DNA from: Rickettsiales bacterium
Lineage (GTDB): Bacteria > Pseudomonadota > Alphaproteobacteria > Rickettsiales > JAIXRX01
Direction: 5' to 3'
Assembly: GCA_965247145.1 (NCBI GenBank)
Contig: CBDFGH010000006.1
Span: forward strand, 168,778-232,777
Length of the DNA: 64,000 bases
Made by a program: the position numbers and the translations under genes. The notes below the pieces were generated by a model. It did no database searches and was not told the origin of the DNA. It saw only the letters and a program-made list of their open reading frames with translations. Of this stretch, positions 46,535 to 56,180 are shown piece after piece. Numbering within the stretch: the stretch's first letter is position 1; every line of letters begins with the position of its first letter.

Positions 46535-47404
46535 TTAAGCCGCTTGCTTCTTCAGCACCCCGACCAATTTCTCCGTCGCCAGCTTCGTATCCAGCTTTTC
46601 AGCCGCGGCGAGTTCGCCGACCATGCGGTTGAAGGCGGATTCGAAGATGATGCGTTCGCTGTAGGAGCGTTCGGATTGATCGACGTTTTTGTAGAGATCG
46701 CGCACCACTTCGGCCACGCTGAGCAGGCAGCCGCTGTTGATCTTCGCTTCATACTCTTGAGCACGGCGGCTCCACATACCCCGGCCGGCTTTGGCTTTGC
46801 CTTTCAGGGTCTTCAGAGCTTTTTCGATCTTTTCCGAACCGCTGATGCAGCGCAGACCGGCGGCTTCGGCGCGGTGCACGGGCACGCGCAGGGTCATTTT
46901 ATCGCGTTCGAAGTTGATCACGAACACTTTCAGCGACACTTCGCCGAAGGTCTGAGTCTCTTCGCCGATGATGTTGCCGACGCCGTGGGTGGGATAGACC
47001 ACGAAGCTGCCGACCTTGAAATCGCCCTTCGCGGCGGCAGGGGCTTTGACGATGGCGATGGGGGCAGTCACGACTTGCTTCGACATAATGGTTTTCGTTT
47101 CCATGATTTTGGTGGGAATGACGGTCTTGGCGATGGCCCTGGCAGGCGCTGCTTTGGCTGCAACCGCCTTCGGTACGGCCTTGATAACCGCTTTGGGCGC
47201 AGTTTTCATCGGGGCGGATTTGGCAGGAAGCGCTTTCTGGGCAGCTTTGCCTTTTACAGAAACCGGCTTCGTTTTGGCCGCAGGTTGTTTGGAAACGGCT
47301 GTTTTCGAAGATTTCGATTTGGCAGCAACCGGCTTGATTGGGGATGCCTTGATTGCGGATGCCTTGGTTGCGGGGGAAACGGACAATTTTTTAGCAGTCG
47401 CCAT
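46535..47404 (-). CDS. carD: CarD/CdnL-family transcription factor with ~125-aa Lys/Ala/Pro-rich N-terminal extension
   Basis: Residues ~128-289 carry FKVGSFVVYPTHGVGNI...MTLRVPV...MWSRRAQEYEAKINSG...VVRDL (CarD_TRCF-like). Residues 1-125 are KAxP-type low complexity. Internal Mets at 101/107 would give a standard-length protein. Confidence 0.8.
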   Translation of the reverse strand: MATAKKLSVSPATKASAIKASPIKPVAAKSKSSKTAVSKQPAAKTKPVSVKGKAAQKALPAKSAPMKTAPKAVIKAVPKAVAAKAAPARAIAKTVIPTKIMETKTIMSKQVVTAPIAIVKAPAAAKGDFKVGSFVVYPTHGVGNIIGEETQTFGEVSLKVFVINFERDKMTLRVPVHRAEAAGLRCISGSEKIEKALKTLKGKAKAGRGMWSRRAQEYEAKINSGCLLSVAEVVRDLYKNVDQSERSYSERIIFESAFNRMVGELAAAEKLDTKLATEKLVGVLKKQAA

Positions 47405-47746
47405 AAGACCGACTATCCTTCACGTTGCGCCGCGGCAAAACCCAGCGGCAGGATGAACACAGATGCGGCCTGATCCGTAAGGAAAAGGCCCGGCTTTGGT
47501 CAAAACACCCGATAAGTCGGGCGTCCCCTCTTCGAACGTTGCGTGCAGTGGATAAGGGTCGGATCCTGGTGTCCGGCGGCGGCTGGCCAAAAGGCGGACG
47601 CTTGCTCGAATCCCTTACTGCGATGTGAAGACACCATACCACGATTAACGATACCTTAATAGCATTTTAAGCGCTTTTGCATCAAATGTAATATAAATGC
47701 CACAAATAATAATGAATCGATGGATCAAAAGGGTAGCGAGAAAGCG

Positions 47747-47905
47747 CTAGGCTTGGCGCATCCACCATTCATTGACTGAGCGTTTTTCGCCGCAGGGACT
47801 GCCTGCCGCGCCCACACATGGGCTCTTCAACTCATGGGTTTCCTTTTCGCAGGCGGTCAGGCCAGCGGTCAGGATCAGAGTAAAAAGTGCGATGCGTACA
47901 ATCAT
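47747..47905 (-). CDS. 52-aa lipoprotein downstream of the virB6 paralogs (VirB7-like candidate)
   Basis: Not in the ORF track (<60 aa). Hand translation MIVRIALFTLILTAGLTA-CEKETHELKSPCVGAAGSPCGEKRSVNEWWMRQA* with lipobox LTAC. Lies 72 nt downstream of the last virB6 paralog on the same strand. Confidence 0.55.
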   Translation of the reverse strand: MIVRIALFTLILTAGLTACEKETHELKSPCVGAAGSPCGEKRSVNEWWMRQA

Positions 47906-47977
47906 ACCCACGACATTACCAAATCACGCCGCCAGTGCAATGGCATTTCTTTTCAGACCCGGCACAGGCGGAGCGCA

Positions 47978-49648
47978 TCATTCGGAAATCTTGGGACCGT
48001 TCTCCGAGATACCTTGCTGCACATTCGAAACGACACCGCCGATTTTATCATTGAGTATGTCGTTCGGGGATTCGCCGGGCGTGCTGCGCACTTCTCCGGC
48101 GGCGCTTTTCAATGTTTCCATCATCGATTCGCCTTGTTTGGCGCCTTCCCCCATGGCTCCCGTGGCCATCTTCATCATGGCGCTGCCCGCGCCGCTGACG
48201 CTGCCTGCGGCACGCTGTGCCATACCCATCGGGTCGATGCCGTTGCGCTGGGCCATGGCGGCAAGTTCCTGGCCGGAAGTGGTGATGCTGACATTCCCAC
48301 CCGAAAGTTCGCTGGCGATCTGCTGGACATAACTGCTGTAGCGCCAGGACAGCGAGGAAAGCAGCACGAACATAAGCACGTCCACCATGTGAATCTGCAT
48401 GTTCGCCTTCTGCCAAAGGTCGGTGGCGATGGGAATGGGACTGTTGCCGCCACGGTTGCTGACATAGCCGAGCACGTCGTTTGCCGTAGCGTGATGAGCA
48501 AATGAATCCGAAACCGGAAAGAACCACCAAATCTGCGCGATTTCCATATCCCAAAACGGTCCATAGCACACATTGATTTCAAGAATTGGTTTGAGCACAC
48601 CCGCAATCATCGTCATGAAGAATCCGAGGAAGGCGAAGACGAAGACGGGTTGAAGGGCGAAGCTGAGGCAAAGGTTGAACCAGCCGTCGAACAATCGCCG
48701 GGTCTGGTCGAACAACAGACAGACGATGAAGATCGGGGAAATGGCGAAGAGCACGAATAGACCGATCAGGGCCTTGACGTAGGTAGCCAGCGCCCCGAGC
48801 GCCGCCAGCAGGAAAAAGAAGGTGCCCTGAATCAGGAAGAGCATCAGCACGAATCCGCTCAAACCCGCGAACATCATGCTGAGAATGACCATGATAAAGC
48901 GGATATCCATGACCATCTGCAACGGCACGATGAGAAAGTTCAGCGGGGCGTTGGTGAGCATGGTGTTTGGCAGCTGGTGCAGCCCCACATTCAAACCTCT
49001 CGGCAATGCATTCAGACTACCGACGGTGGCGGTGTAATAGGCGGTAATCAATTCGTTCATGCCGCCGATGAAGAAGCTCTGGATGATGATGCTCACCCCG
49101 CCCCCCACGATCAGGTAATACATGATCGCGATCTTCAATATACGGATGAAGGCTTCGTACCATGTGATGTCGACCAGATTGAACAGCACCATGATGCCGA
49201 ATACGACGAGATACAGCATCACCGTCGCATTCATCGCAGCAACAAAACCGGTATCGTGGGTCAGGGTTCGGAAGAGGTCTTTCCACCGCGGGCTGGAAGC
49301 GCTGGAACCGATGAACATGGTATTGATCTTGTCAAACACCGCGTCGAGCGTCGCGGCGACTTGCATGAGATTGCGCGAACCTTCGGGCGGGCCGGAGACG
49401 TCTGTCATCGAAACATATTGCGCGCATTCCGGCGGTGGGCTCGCGCCAACGCATTCTGGGTGAAAATCTCTTGACTGCAATGTCGTTGCAGGAGCCGCTT
49501 TTCCAAACGAACAAAACGGACCCAACCGATCGGTGGCGGAAACCTGGGCATGCGCCGTGTGCGGCGCAATCGCCACCAACCACATCAGAAGGACATACAG
49601 GCAAATAGGTGAATATCTGCGGAAGGGATAAGAGAGCATAAGCATCAT
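47978..49648 (-). CDS. virB6: VirB6/TrbL-family T4SS inner-membrane protein, paralog 3
   Basis: 556 aa with signal peptide ...APHTAHA and a polytopic core bearing FDQTRRLFDGWFNLCLSFALQP, shared with the two upstream paralogs. Hydrophilic Gly/Met-rich tail. ATGA overlap with the upstream stop. Confidence 0.8.
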   Translation of the reverse strand: MMLMLSYPFRRYSPICLYVLLMWLVAIAPHTAHAQVSATDRLGPFCSFGKAAPATTLQSRDFHPECVGASPPPECAQYVSMTDVSGPPEGSRNLMQVAATLDAVFDKINTMFIGSSASSPRWKDLFRTLTHDTGFVAAMNATVMLYLVVFGIMVLFNLVDITWYEAFIRILKIAIMYYLIVGGGVSIIIQSFFIGGMNELITAYYTATVGSLNALPRGLNVGLHQLPNTMLTNAPLNFLIVPLQMVMDIRFIMVILSMMFAGLSGFVLMLFLIQGTFFFLLAALGALATYVKALIGLFVLFAISPIFIVCLLFDQTRRLFDGWFNLCLSFALQPVFVFAFLGFFMTMIAGVLKPILEINVCYGPFWDMEIAQIWWFFPVSDSFAHHATANDVLGYVSNRGGNSPIPIATDLWQKANMQIHMVDVLMFVLLSSLSWRYSSYVQQIASELSGGNVSITTSGQELAAMAQRNGIDPMGMAQRAAGSVSGAGSAMMKMATGAMGEGAKQGESMMETLKSAAGEVRSTPGESPNDILNDKIGGVVSNVQQGISENGPKISE

Positions 49649-51714
49649 TTTTTAACTTCCGGTTTGGCGGCGCTTTGAATGCGGCTGAGAATGGCGCCGA
49701 GATCGGTATTTTCCACAATGGCTTCCCGCCCGCTGGCCACCAGGGCTCCGCCCCCACGTCGCACGAAATTGCTGACATTGTCGACGGGATTGAAAGTGGA
49801 GCCGCCGCGCTTTTCCGCGCGTGTCCAGCGCGCTTCGGTACTACCGAGAAAGCTTTCGATACGGTCCGCGAACGGCACCCCGCTGTCGCCGCTCACCGGC
49901 GCGCTGCGCCCGCCGCGCGAAAGCAGGCTTGCCATGCCGCCGGTAATGGCAATGCCGCCACTGCCGACAATGGAACGCGCGATCTGCGGCACGGCCTGAT
50001 TGAGCGAGACGAAAAGAAATATCATCAGAAAGGCGCTGAATACCGAGCCACTGAGCTTCATCAGAAACCATTCCTGAAAATTGGCGTCCACCCTTCCAGG
50101 AATCAACGTAATGTAATGCGGATTCGGCCCACCGCTGGCGACCCATTTATGCGTCTGCGGATCGAAGGCGCCGCCCACCATGCCCGTAGCACGAAACGCC
50201 TGCAATATCTGCGGGGTCAACCCGTCGTTTGCCGGAGTGGCGGGAATCTCGCCCTGTACCTTTCTAAGGAACCGATCGTAGGTGCCGTTGATGCGCAGAT
50301 CGATGATCGGCATCCAGATCGGATCGAGCGAGACACTGCTCAAGCTTTGCAACGAGCGGATCATCGTGCCGACATCGCTGCTGGCGGTGAAGGCATCCAA
50401 ATATTTTTTGGCCGTTGCGAGTCCGCCCGCCACATCCCGTGTTATTTGTTTGCCTACGATATCTGCGATATTGGATAGCTCTCTCGAGCTCAAAATATCG
50501 AATAACACCACGCCCTCGTCTCGTACCATGTTGCGCAACACGATGCGGCGCATTTCCGATTGGACTTTCAAATCAGCATTCCTGATGCGATCAAAGCCCA
50601 GCACCTCGTAGATGCTGTAGACGACCCCAGCATTCCTTGTCCAATTGCTCGGTGGAGATCCTGTGCTGCCGGCGATGAAGTAGCTCGCGCCGAAAATACT
50701 CACCGACATGAAAATGACGAGAATAAACGGCTGAAAGATGATGCCGATATAGATGAACAGCCATTTGGTGAAATAGCTCATGGTGCGCCGGAACATGAGC
50801 GTGGGTATGACCAGCGGCACGAAAATGAGAATGACCGCGATCGCCAGATAGGCATGCATGATGTAGAAAATACAGCGCATGACATAAAGTATGATGGTAA
50901 ACATCAGCATGATCGTGCCGAAGAGAATGGCGATGCCCAGCGGCCCGCTCATCGCCGTGGCCATGATGAGCGACACGATGCCCGTCCAGAACGCCACACC
51001 CGCCACCATGCCGAACAGCATGCCGAGAATGCAATCCAGCGCGTTCCATAAGCGCACTTCCTGCTTGACGTCCTGCATGGTAACCGATGTTTGCCCGTTG
51101 GGGCTTGTGGTGGTGATAGGGATATGCAGCTCGATGCTACTGCGGTTGAGCCCACCAGCAGGCCCGGGTAGAGTGGGATCAAGTGAATTGTTGCAGCGTA
51201 TGAACAATTGCGCGGTGCCTTCCTGCGCCATATTGCCAAACAGGGTCGCGCCCCAATCCATCAACTCGTCCTGCACCGCCACGGCAATGCGCCCGATATT
51301 GAGGCTGCTCGCCCCGGTGGAAAGGCTCGTCAGCATCACCATCACGAAAGCGGCTTTGATCAACAGCAGCAACCCCTCGCCCTTCGGCGAGCGCACGCCG
51401 CCCATAGTCATCCGCACCCCGAACAACACGATGGAGAGAAAAATCACCGCGCCACCGATGGGCAGCATGAAGCGTGCGATGGGTGCCACCACGGTGGCTG
51501 CCGCCGTATAGGTCATCACCCGCATACAAGCCACCGCACGTGCACTGAGCGTGCCGGCCAGCTCGGGCACTCTCATGCATTCGGACTGCGAAATGTCTGC
51601 CAGATCGATAACGTAGCCGAGTGGGTCTAAGGCCAAAGCGGGGGTTGCCACACCGATCATGCCGCAGCAGAAAACCGCGATCATGAGGAAAAAGAGGATG
51701 CGGGGCTGCTGCAT
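49645..51714 (-). CDS. virB6: VirB6/TrbL-family T4SS inner-membrane protein, paralog 2
   Basis: 689 aa with signal peptide ...GVATPALA and core motif FRRTMSYFTKWLFIYIGIIFQP, plus a large hydrophilic C-terminal region. Starts 2 nt after the upstream stop. Confidence 0.8.
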   Translation of the reverse strand: MQQPRILFFLMIAVFCCGMIGVATPALALDPLGYVIDLADISQSECMRVPELAGTLSARAVACMRVMTYTAAATVVAPIARFMLPIGGAVIFLSIVLFGVRMTMGGVRSPKGEGLLLLIKAAFVMVMLTSLSTGASSLNIGRIAVAVQDELMDWGATLFGNMAQEGTAQLFIRCNNSLDPTLPGPAGGLNRSSIELHIPITTTSPNGQTSVTMQDVKQEVRLWNALDCILGMLFGMVAGVAFWTGIVSLIMATAMSGPLGIAILFGTIMLMFTIILYVMRCIFYIMHAYLAIAVILIFVPLVIPTLMFRRTMSYFTKWLFIYIGIIFQPFILVIFMSVSIFGASYFIAGSTGSPPSNWTRNAGVVYSIYEVLGFDRIRNADLKVQSEMRRIVLRNMVRDEGVVLFDILSSRELSNIADIVGKQITRDVAGGLATAKKYLDAFTASSDVGTMIRSLQSLSSVSLDPIWMPIIDLRINGTYDRFLRKVQGEIPATPANDGLTPQILQAFRATGMVGGAFDPQTHKWVASGGPNPHYITLIPGRVDANFQEWFLMKLSGSVFSAFLMIFLFVSLNQAVPQIARSIVGSGGIAITGGMASLLSRGGRSAPVSGDSGVPFADRIESFLGSTEARWTRAEKRGGSTFNPVDNVSNFVRRGGGALVASGREAIVENTDLGAILSRIQSAAKPEVKK

Positions 51715-51716
51715 AC

Positions 51717-53432
51717 CTACCCCTTCCCGCCGAATTTGCTGAAAACATCGGCCAATCCCTGCTGGGCTTGCCCCATCGAACCTTCCGAGCCGCGTAGGCC
51801 ACCCTCGATGCCGCGATTCAGGCTGCTGACCCCGGAAAGTGCGGTTTTCCCAAGATCACCGCCCATGCGATTGACCTTGTTGATGTCCCCGCTATCCACC
51901 GCTGCTGCCGCCAGCAGGTTCACGAATTCCGGCAGCTGACGTAGAAAATGATAGAGTACGAAGAGGATGATGAAGGCGGTGAACATCGCCAGAAAGGGCC
52001 TTGCCATGGCCTGCGCGGTCCGCACGTCGTAGGATTGGGTGGAAATGCTCGGCCAACTGTAGCCGTTGTTTTTCTGAATCAGCGCCTGGCTTGCACTACG
52101 GAACTGGGTTAGCAGGTAATCCAACACCTCGCCGGAAATAGGCAGGCTCTTGAGTTCAGATTCGGTCGAGGCACTGGCAAGGGTGGTGAGTTCGACGATG
52201 AAACGGTTGATCGAACGCTCCCCGATGCGGTTGAACGCCTTCTGGATTTGCGGCACCGTGCATTCGGACTCGCCATAGGCCTTGACGTTGGTATGCGACA
52301 ATTCATTGGCCGCTTGGTTCAACGCCGCCACTACCGAATATTTCTTCAGGCAGACCACATTTTCGAACACGGTGACGAACATCATCAAAAACAGGCACAG
52401 TAATATGGGCTGCATGGTGAAACCCACCAACATGCCGAACCAGCGCGTGAAATAATCACGGGTTTTCTGAAAGAAAATGCATGCCCAGGCCAGCGGTGCG
52501 ATCATCATCAACAGTATGATCGATATATGTGCGAGGATCATGATGCTGATCGAAATCTCCATCACCACGCCCAACGCATAGATCATGCCCCCGAATGCCG
52601 CAGCCGCGCCTTTGGCCAGATAACCGGAGAAGGCGTTTTTCATCATGACCCCGATCGGGGAGTTCGCGGAATTCTGTCCGACTTCGATGATGGATTGGGC
52701 GGCGCAATCGAGCTTGGCCCAGGGCACCAGGAAAATGTAATTGGGCCCGATGCTGGCCCCGGTGTAGGCGCTGCACAGAGAGCTGGGAATTTTCAGCGCG
52801 ATGGTGCCCGACCAATTGTTCAGCGTTTCGATCAGCGACTCGTAAAGCATGGGTATGGCCGCCACTGCCGCCAGCAAAATACCGATCTTCATGAAAATGA
52901 CGAAGATGCCGGAGAGAAATTCATTATGCCTTCCCAGCGCTACTTTCACACCCAGCATCACCAGCGCCAATAAAGAAACGGCGAGGATGATGTCGGTGAA
53001 AAGATTCGAGGTGGCGGTAATGGCAATCCGGCCGAAATAAATGATGGCCCCCGGCATATTGGCTGCGCCGTCGCCCGGCTGAGTTCCCAATAGACAACCG
53101 ACGATGCGCAGGGTGAGATAGAAATTTTCGCGGCCTGTTCCTGTGCCGTTGCCGGGTACATTCTGCCATTGGGCATGATTGACCGTTCTGAATTTTTTGA
53201 TGCCTTCGCTTTCGCCGCAGAAACGCGTTGATCCTATGCCCGACCACATGTTCGACAGACTGGTGAAGCTGGCATTCGGCCGCTGCTGTGCTTCCACCGA
53301 GAGCTTGTTGGGGAAAAAAGCGGAGGAAAGGATGAAGCAGAGAAACGTTCCGAAAAGAACGGCAAGGATGTGCCGCACCACCAACGGCCGTGCCGATCGC
53401 GCCAAACCGGCCGAAACGCTTCCCGCGCTCAT
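51717..53432 (-). CDS. virB6: VirB6/TrbL-family T4SS inner-membrane protein, paralog 1
   Basis: Core motif FQKTRDYFTRWFGMLVGFTMQP. ATG 53432 forms an ATGA overlap with the virB4 stop; the ORF-track start 53468 would overlap virB4 by 40 nt. Confidence 0.8.
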   Translation of the reverse strand: MSAGSVSAGLARSARPLVVRHILAVLFGTFLCFILSSAFFPNKLSVEAQQRPNASFTSLSNMWSGIGSTRFCGESEGIKKFRTVNHAQWQNVPGNGTGTGRENFYLTLRIVGCLLGTQPGDGAANMPGAIIYFGRIAITATSNLFTDIILAVSLLALVMLGVKVALGRHNEFLSGIFVIFMKIGILLAAVAAIPMLYESLIETLNNWSGTIALKIPSSLCSAYTGASIGPNYIFLVPWAKLDCAAQSIIEVGQNSANSPIGVMMKNAFSGYLAKGAAAAFGGMIYALGVVMEISISIMILAHISIILLMMIAPLAWACIFFQKTRDYFTRWFGMLVGFTMQPILLCLFLMMFVTVFENVVCLKKYSVVAALNQAANELSHTNVKAYGESECTVPQIQKAFNRIGERSINRFIVELTTLASASTESELKSLPISGEVLDYLLTQFRSASQALIQKNNGYSWPSISTQSYDVRTAQAMARPFLAMFTAFIILFVLYHFLRQLPEFVNLLAAAAVDSGDINKVNRMGGDLGKTALSGVSSLNRGIEGGLRGSEGSMGQAQQGLADVFSKFGGKG

Positions 53433-55828
53433 AGACGCCGCGCGCGTTCGAAGAAGACGGGCAGCCACTGGTCGGGATCGTCGCCCACTTTGGCGCGGAT
53501 GTCGTCGAGCAGGCGCACGGTATCGGCGCGCGCGGAAAGCACATTCACCGCATCCGTCATCCCGCTTAAGTCGATGCGGGCCACCACCATGTCTTTGTTC
53601 TGCTTCACCAGGAAGAAGCGGGAGCCGGGGTCGGTGCTTTTGATCAGGTTGAATTCCCGTTCGCTCAGCATGAAGGCGCTTCGATACACGCTGGTGGCTT
53701 TCGGGTTGGGCAGAAAAATCTGCGTGGCGGTCTGCTGGATCAGCGTGTCCGAGATCGCGCTGCTCGCCGCATCTTCGACCGATTGGGTGGCGAAGATCAC
53801 GAAAGCGTTCAGTTTCCGCAAGGTTTTCAGCCAGTCCTTGATCTTGCTCGCGAAGACAGAGTTATCGATCAGCGCCCAGGCTTCGTCCAGCACCAGCATG
53901 GTGGGCGTGCCGTCGAGCGAGAGGTTAATCTTGTGGAAGAGATACAGCAGCACCGGCGCCAGCGTGACTTTGTTGGAAAGCACCGGGCCCATTTCGAAAC
54001 CGAAATTGGCATGGGTGCTGAAATCCAGCGAGTCGAAGGGATTGTCAAACAATTTGGCGTATTGCCCGTCCGAATGCCACATGCGCAGGCGGCCCGCCAG
54101 CGAGCCCGGCCCCTCTAAGCCCAGGAAGGGCGCGATGTTGCGCAGCATGCGGTCTTTGCGGGCGAGCTTGAAATTGCCGTTCACCGCTTCGGTGATGAGC
54201 GCCATGTCTTCCGCCGTCAGCGGCTCGCCATACACCGTCACCAGCGTGCGCATCCATTCGCTGATGAAATTGCGATTCTCGTTGGTATCCGGCAGTTGCA
54301 GCGGGTTGAAGTTGCAGCGCTCGCCGGGTTCGATGATGTTGTAGGAGCCGTGGATGGCGCGGATGAAGATTTCGGCGCCGCGATCTTTGTCGAAGAAGAA
54401 CAGGCGGCAATTGAATTTCTGCGCCTGCGCGCAGAGGAAGTTCATCAGCACCGTTTTGCCCGCACCCGTGGGCCCGATGATGGTGGTGTGGCCCACGTCG
54501 CGTGCGTGGAAATTGAAATAATAGGGCGTGCCGGAAGTCGTATCCAGCACGCTCACCGCATCCCCCCAATGGTTGCCCGCAATGCGACCGGTGGGGTAAT
54601 TGTGCAGGCTCGCCATGCCCGCCACATTCAGGCTGTGGATTTTGGATTTGCGCGCCACATAGTCGAAATTCGCCGGCAGCTGCGACCAGAAGGCCTGCTC
54701 CAAGATCATCTTCTCCCGCGTCGGGTTGAAGCCGATATTGACCATTTCGGCCACTGCCATCGAAAGCGAGGATTCCATCGATTTTAGATCGTCTTCGATC
54801 ACCATCACCGTCATCTGGTGCTGCCCGAAGGCGACCGCCCCACCGGTGGCGAGATCGAGCGCATCCGAGATTTCGATGACCTGGCTGATCGCTTTATCCT
54901 GGCTCGCCATCTTGCGGCGCTGCTCGGTCTGCATGCTCTGGATCGAGGTGGCGCGGTTGATGAAGATGTAGGAATGGGTCACGATGAGTTCGCAGGGCAA
55001 TTGCAGAAACCCGTCCAGCATCCCGGCGGCGGTGGCGCTGGGATATTCCCGCACCGAAAGCATCGCGCCGTAGCGCGTTTTGTTCAGGCCGCGAAATTCG
55101 ATGGCACGGCTGCCGAAATAGATGCGCTGATAGGGCAGATAATGCGAGATGTCGGTCATCGGCACATGCATCTGCTTGCCGTCGCCGCCATTGATGAGCT
55201 TGCTCAGAAATTCCAATGGCTCGGAAACGGGGCCGTTTTCGGTGTCGATCGTGGTCAGCAATTCCGGGCTGTAATCGCGCAGGCTGGCCATCACGCGGTT
55301 CACCGCATCCGCCAGATCCTTGAAGGATTCCTGCATGCCCATGGCACGCTGCTGCTCGTTCACCCCGGCTGCGAGTTTGTTGAAATAATATTCCAGCTTG
55401 GCGAAACCGGCCTTGTCCGCCTTGCGCACCACGGTGATGTAGAGTTCGTTGATGAAGGCCTGTTTCGCGGTGCGCTTGGCCTTCCATTGCTCGTTGAGCA
55501 TATTGGCGAAACCGCGGCGGAATTTGCCCTTGGGGAAGCCCGGCTTGCGGCGGCGGATGGTGTGGAACCACAATGCGAAGTCGCCGTCCGACATGCTTTT
55601 CAGCAGCGAATTGCGCACCAGTTTCTTCATGTCCACGTCTTCGTCGTCCGCCGTTTCGAAAGCGAAACCGCTGACGCGGATGGTCTGCATCATCTCCCCG
55701 TTCTTGGTGATGATGGTCTCGCGGTCCCAATGATAATGGTAGGGAATGAACTCGGCGGCGGCCACCTCATGGGCGCTCTGCCACGATTGTGCCGTCTTGC
55801 GGATGGAGAATTGCTTGTAACTGCGCAT
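53429..55828 (-). CDS. virB4: type IV secretion system ATPase VirB4
   Basis: 799 aa with N-terminal FIPYHYHWDRETIITKNGEMMQTIRVSGFAFE, Walker A IIGPTGAGKT and Walker B MLVLDEAW. Confidence 0.93.
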   Translation of the reverse strand: MRSYKQFSIRKTAQSWQSAHEVAAAEFIPYHYHWDRETIITKNGEMMQTIRVSGFAFETADDEDVDMKKLVRNSLLKSMSDGDFALWFHTIRRRKPGFPKGKFRRGFANMLNEQWKAKRTAKQAFINELYITVVRKADKAGFAKLEYYFNKLAAGVNEQQRAMGMQESFKDLADAVNRVMASLRDYSPELLTTIDTENGPVSEPLEFLSKLINGGDGKQMHVPMTDISHYLPYQRIYFGSRAIEFRGLNKTRYGAMLSVREYPSATAAGMLDGFLQLPCELIVTHSYIFINRATSIQSMQTEQRRKMASQDKAISQVIEISDALDLATGGAVAFGQHQMTVMVIEDDLKSMESSLSMAVAEMVNIGFNPTREKMILEQAFWSQLPANFDYVARKSKIHSLNVAGMASLHNYPTGRIAGNHWGDAVSVLDTTSGTPYYFNFHARDVGHTTIIGPTGAGKTVLMNFLCAQAQKFNCRLFFFDKDRGAEIFIRAIHGSYNIIEPGERCNFNPLQLPDTNENRNFISEWMRTLVTVYGEPLTAEDMALITEAVNGNFKLARKDRMLRNIAPFLGLEGPGSLAGRLRMWHSDGQYAKLFDNPFDSLDFSTHANFGFEMGPVLSNKVTLAPVLLYLFHKINLSLDGTPTMLVLDEAWALIDNSVFASKIKDWLKTLRKLNAFVIFATQSVEDAASSAISDTLIQQTATQIFLPNPKATSVYRSAFMLSEREFNLIKSTDPGSRFFLVKQNKDMVVARIDLSGMTDAVNVLSARADTVRLLDDIRAKVGDDPDQWLPVFFERARRL

Positions 55829-55874
55829 GGGTCAGGCGGGTGCCGCGGCTTTCAAGTGGAGGAGGTTGAGTGGG

Positions 55875-56171
55875 CTAGAACAGATCGTAGGAATTCGTGC
55901 CGCCATGATAGCGGCGATTGACGCAACGCATGCCCTTGCTCATTCGCAGCATGACCAGTTCCAGCGCGCGCGGTTCTTTGCGACATACGAGAAAAGCGAA
56001 AGCGTGCAGGATGGGGAATACGACGCCGAGATAAATGAAATTCTTGGTATTGATGAAGGTCAACAGACAGATCATGCTGTTGAAGATGAAGAACATGTAG
56101 CTGACGCCACCAACCATGGTCGGACGGGTGAGGCCTTGAAAGAGCGGATCGACTTGCAAACGACCGGACAT
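55875..56171 (-). CDS. virB3: type IV secretion system protein VirB3
   Basis: 98 aa with DPLFQGLTRPTMVGGVSY followed by a hydrophobic hairpin. Immediately upstream of virB4. Confidence 0.88.
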   Translation of the reverse strand: MSGRLQVDPLFQGLTRPTMVGGVSYMFFIFNSMICLLTFINTKNFIYLGVVFPILHAFAFLVCRKEPRALELVMLRMSKGMRCVNRRYHGGTNSYDLF

Positions 56172-56180
56172 GATATTTCC

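Noticed and set aside
47772-48505. Plus-strand ORFs 47772-48332 and 47834-48505
   Set aside because: They are antisense to the hand-found lipoprotein ORF and to the C-terminal part of virB6 paralog 3. The products are low-complexity with no start context.
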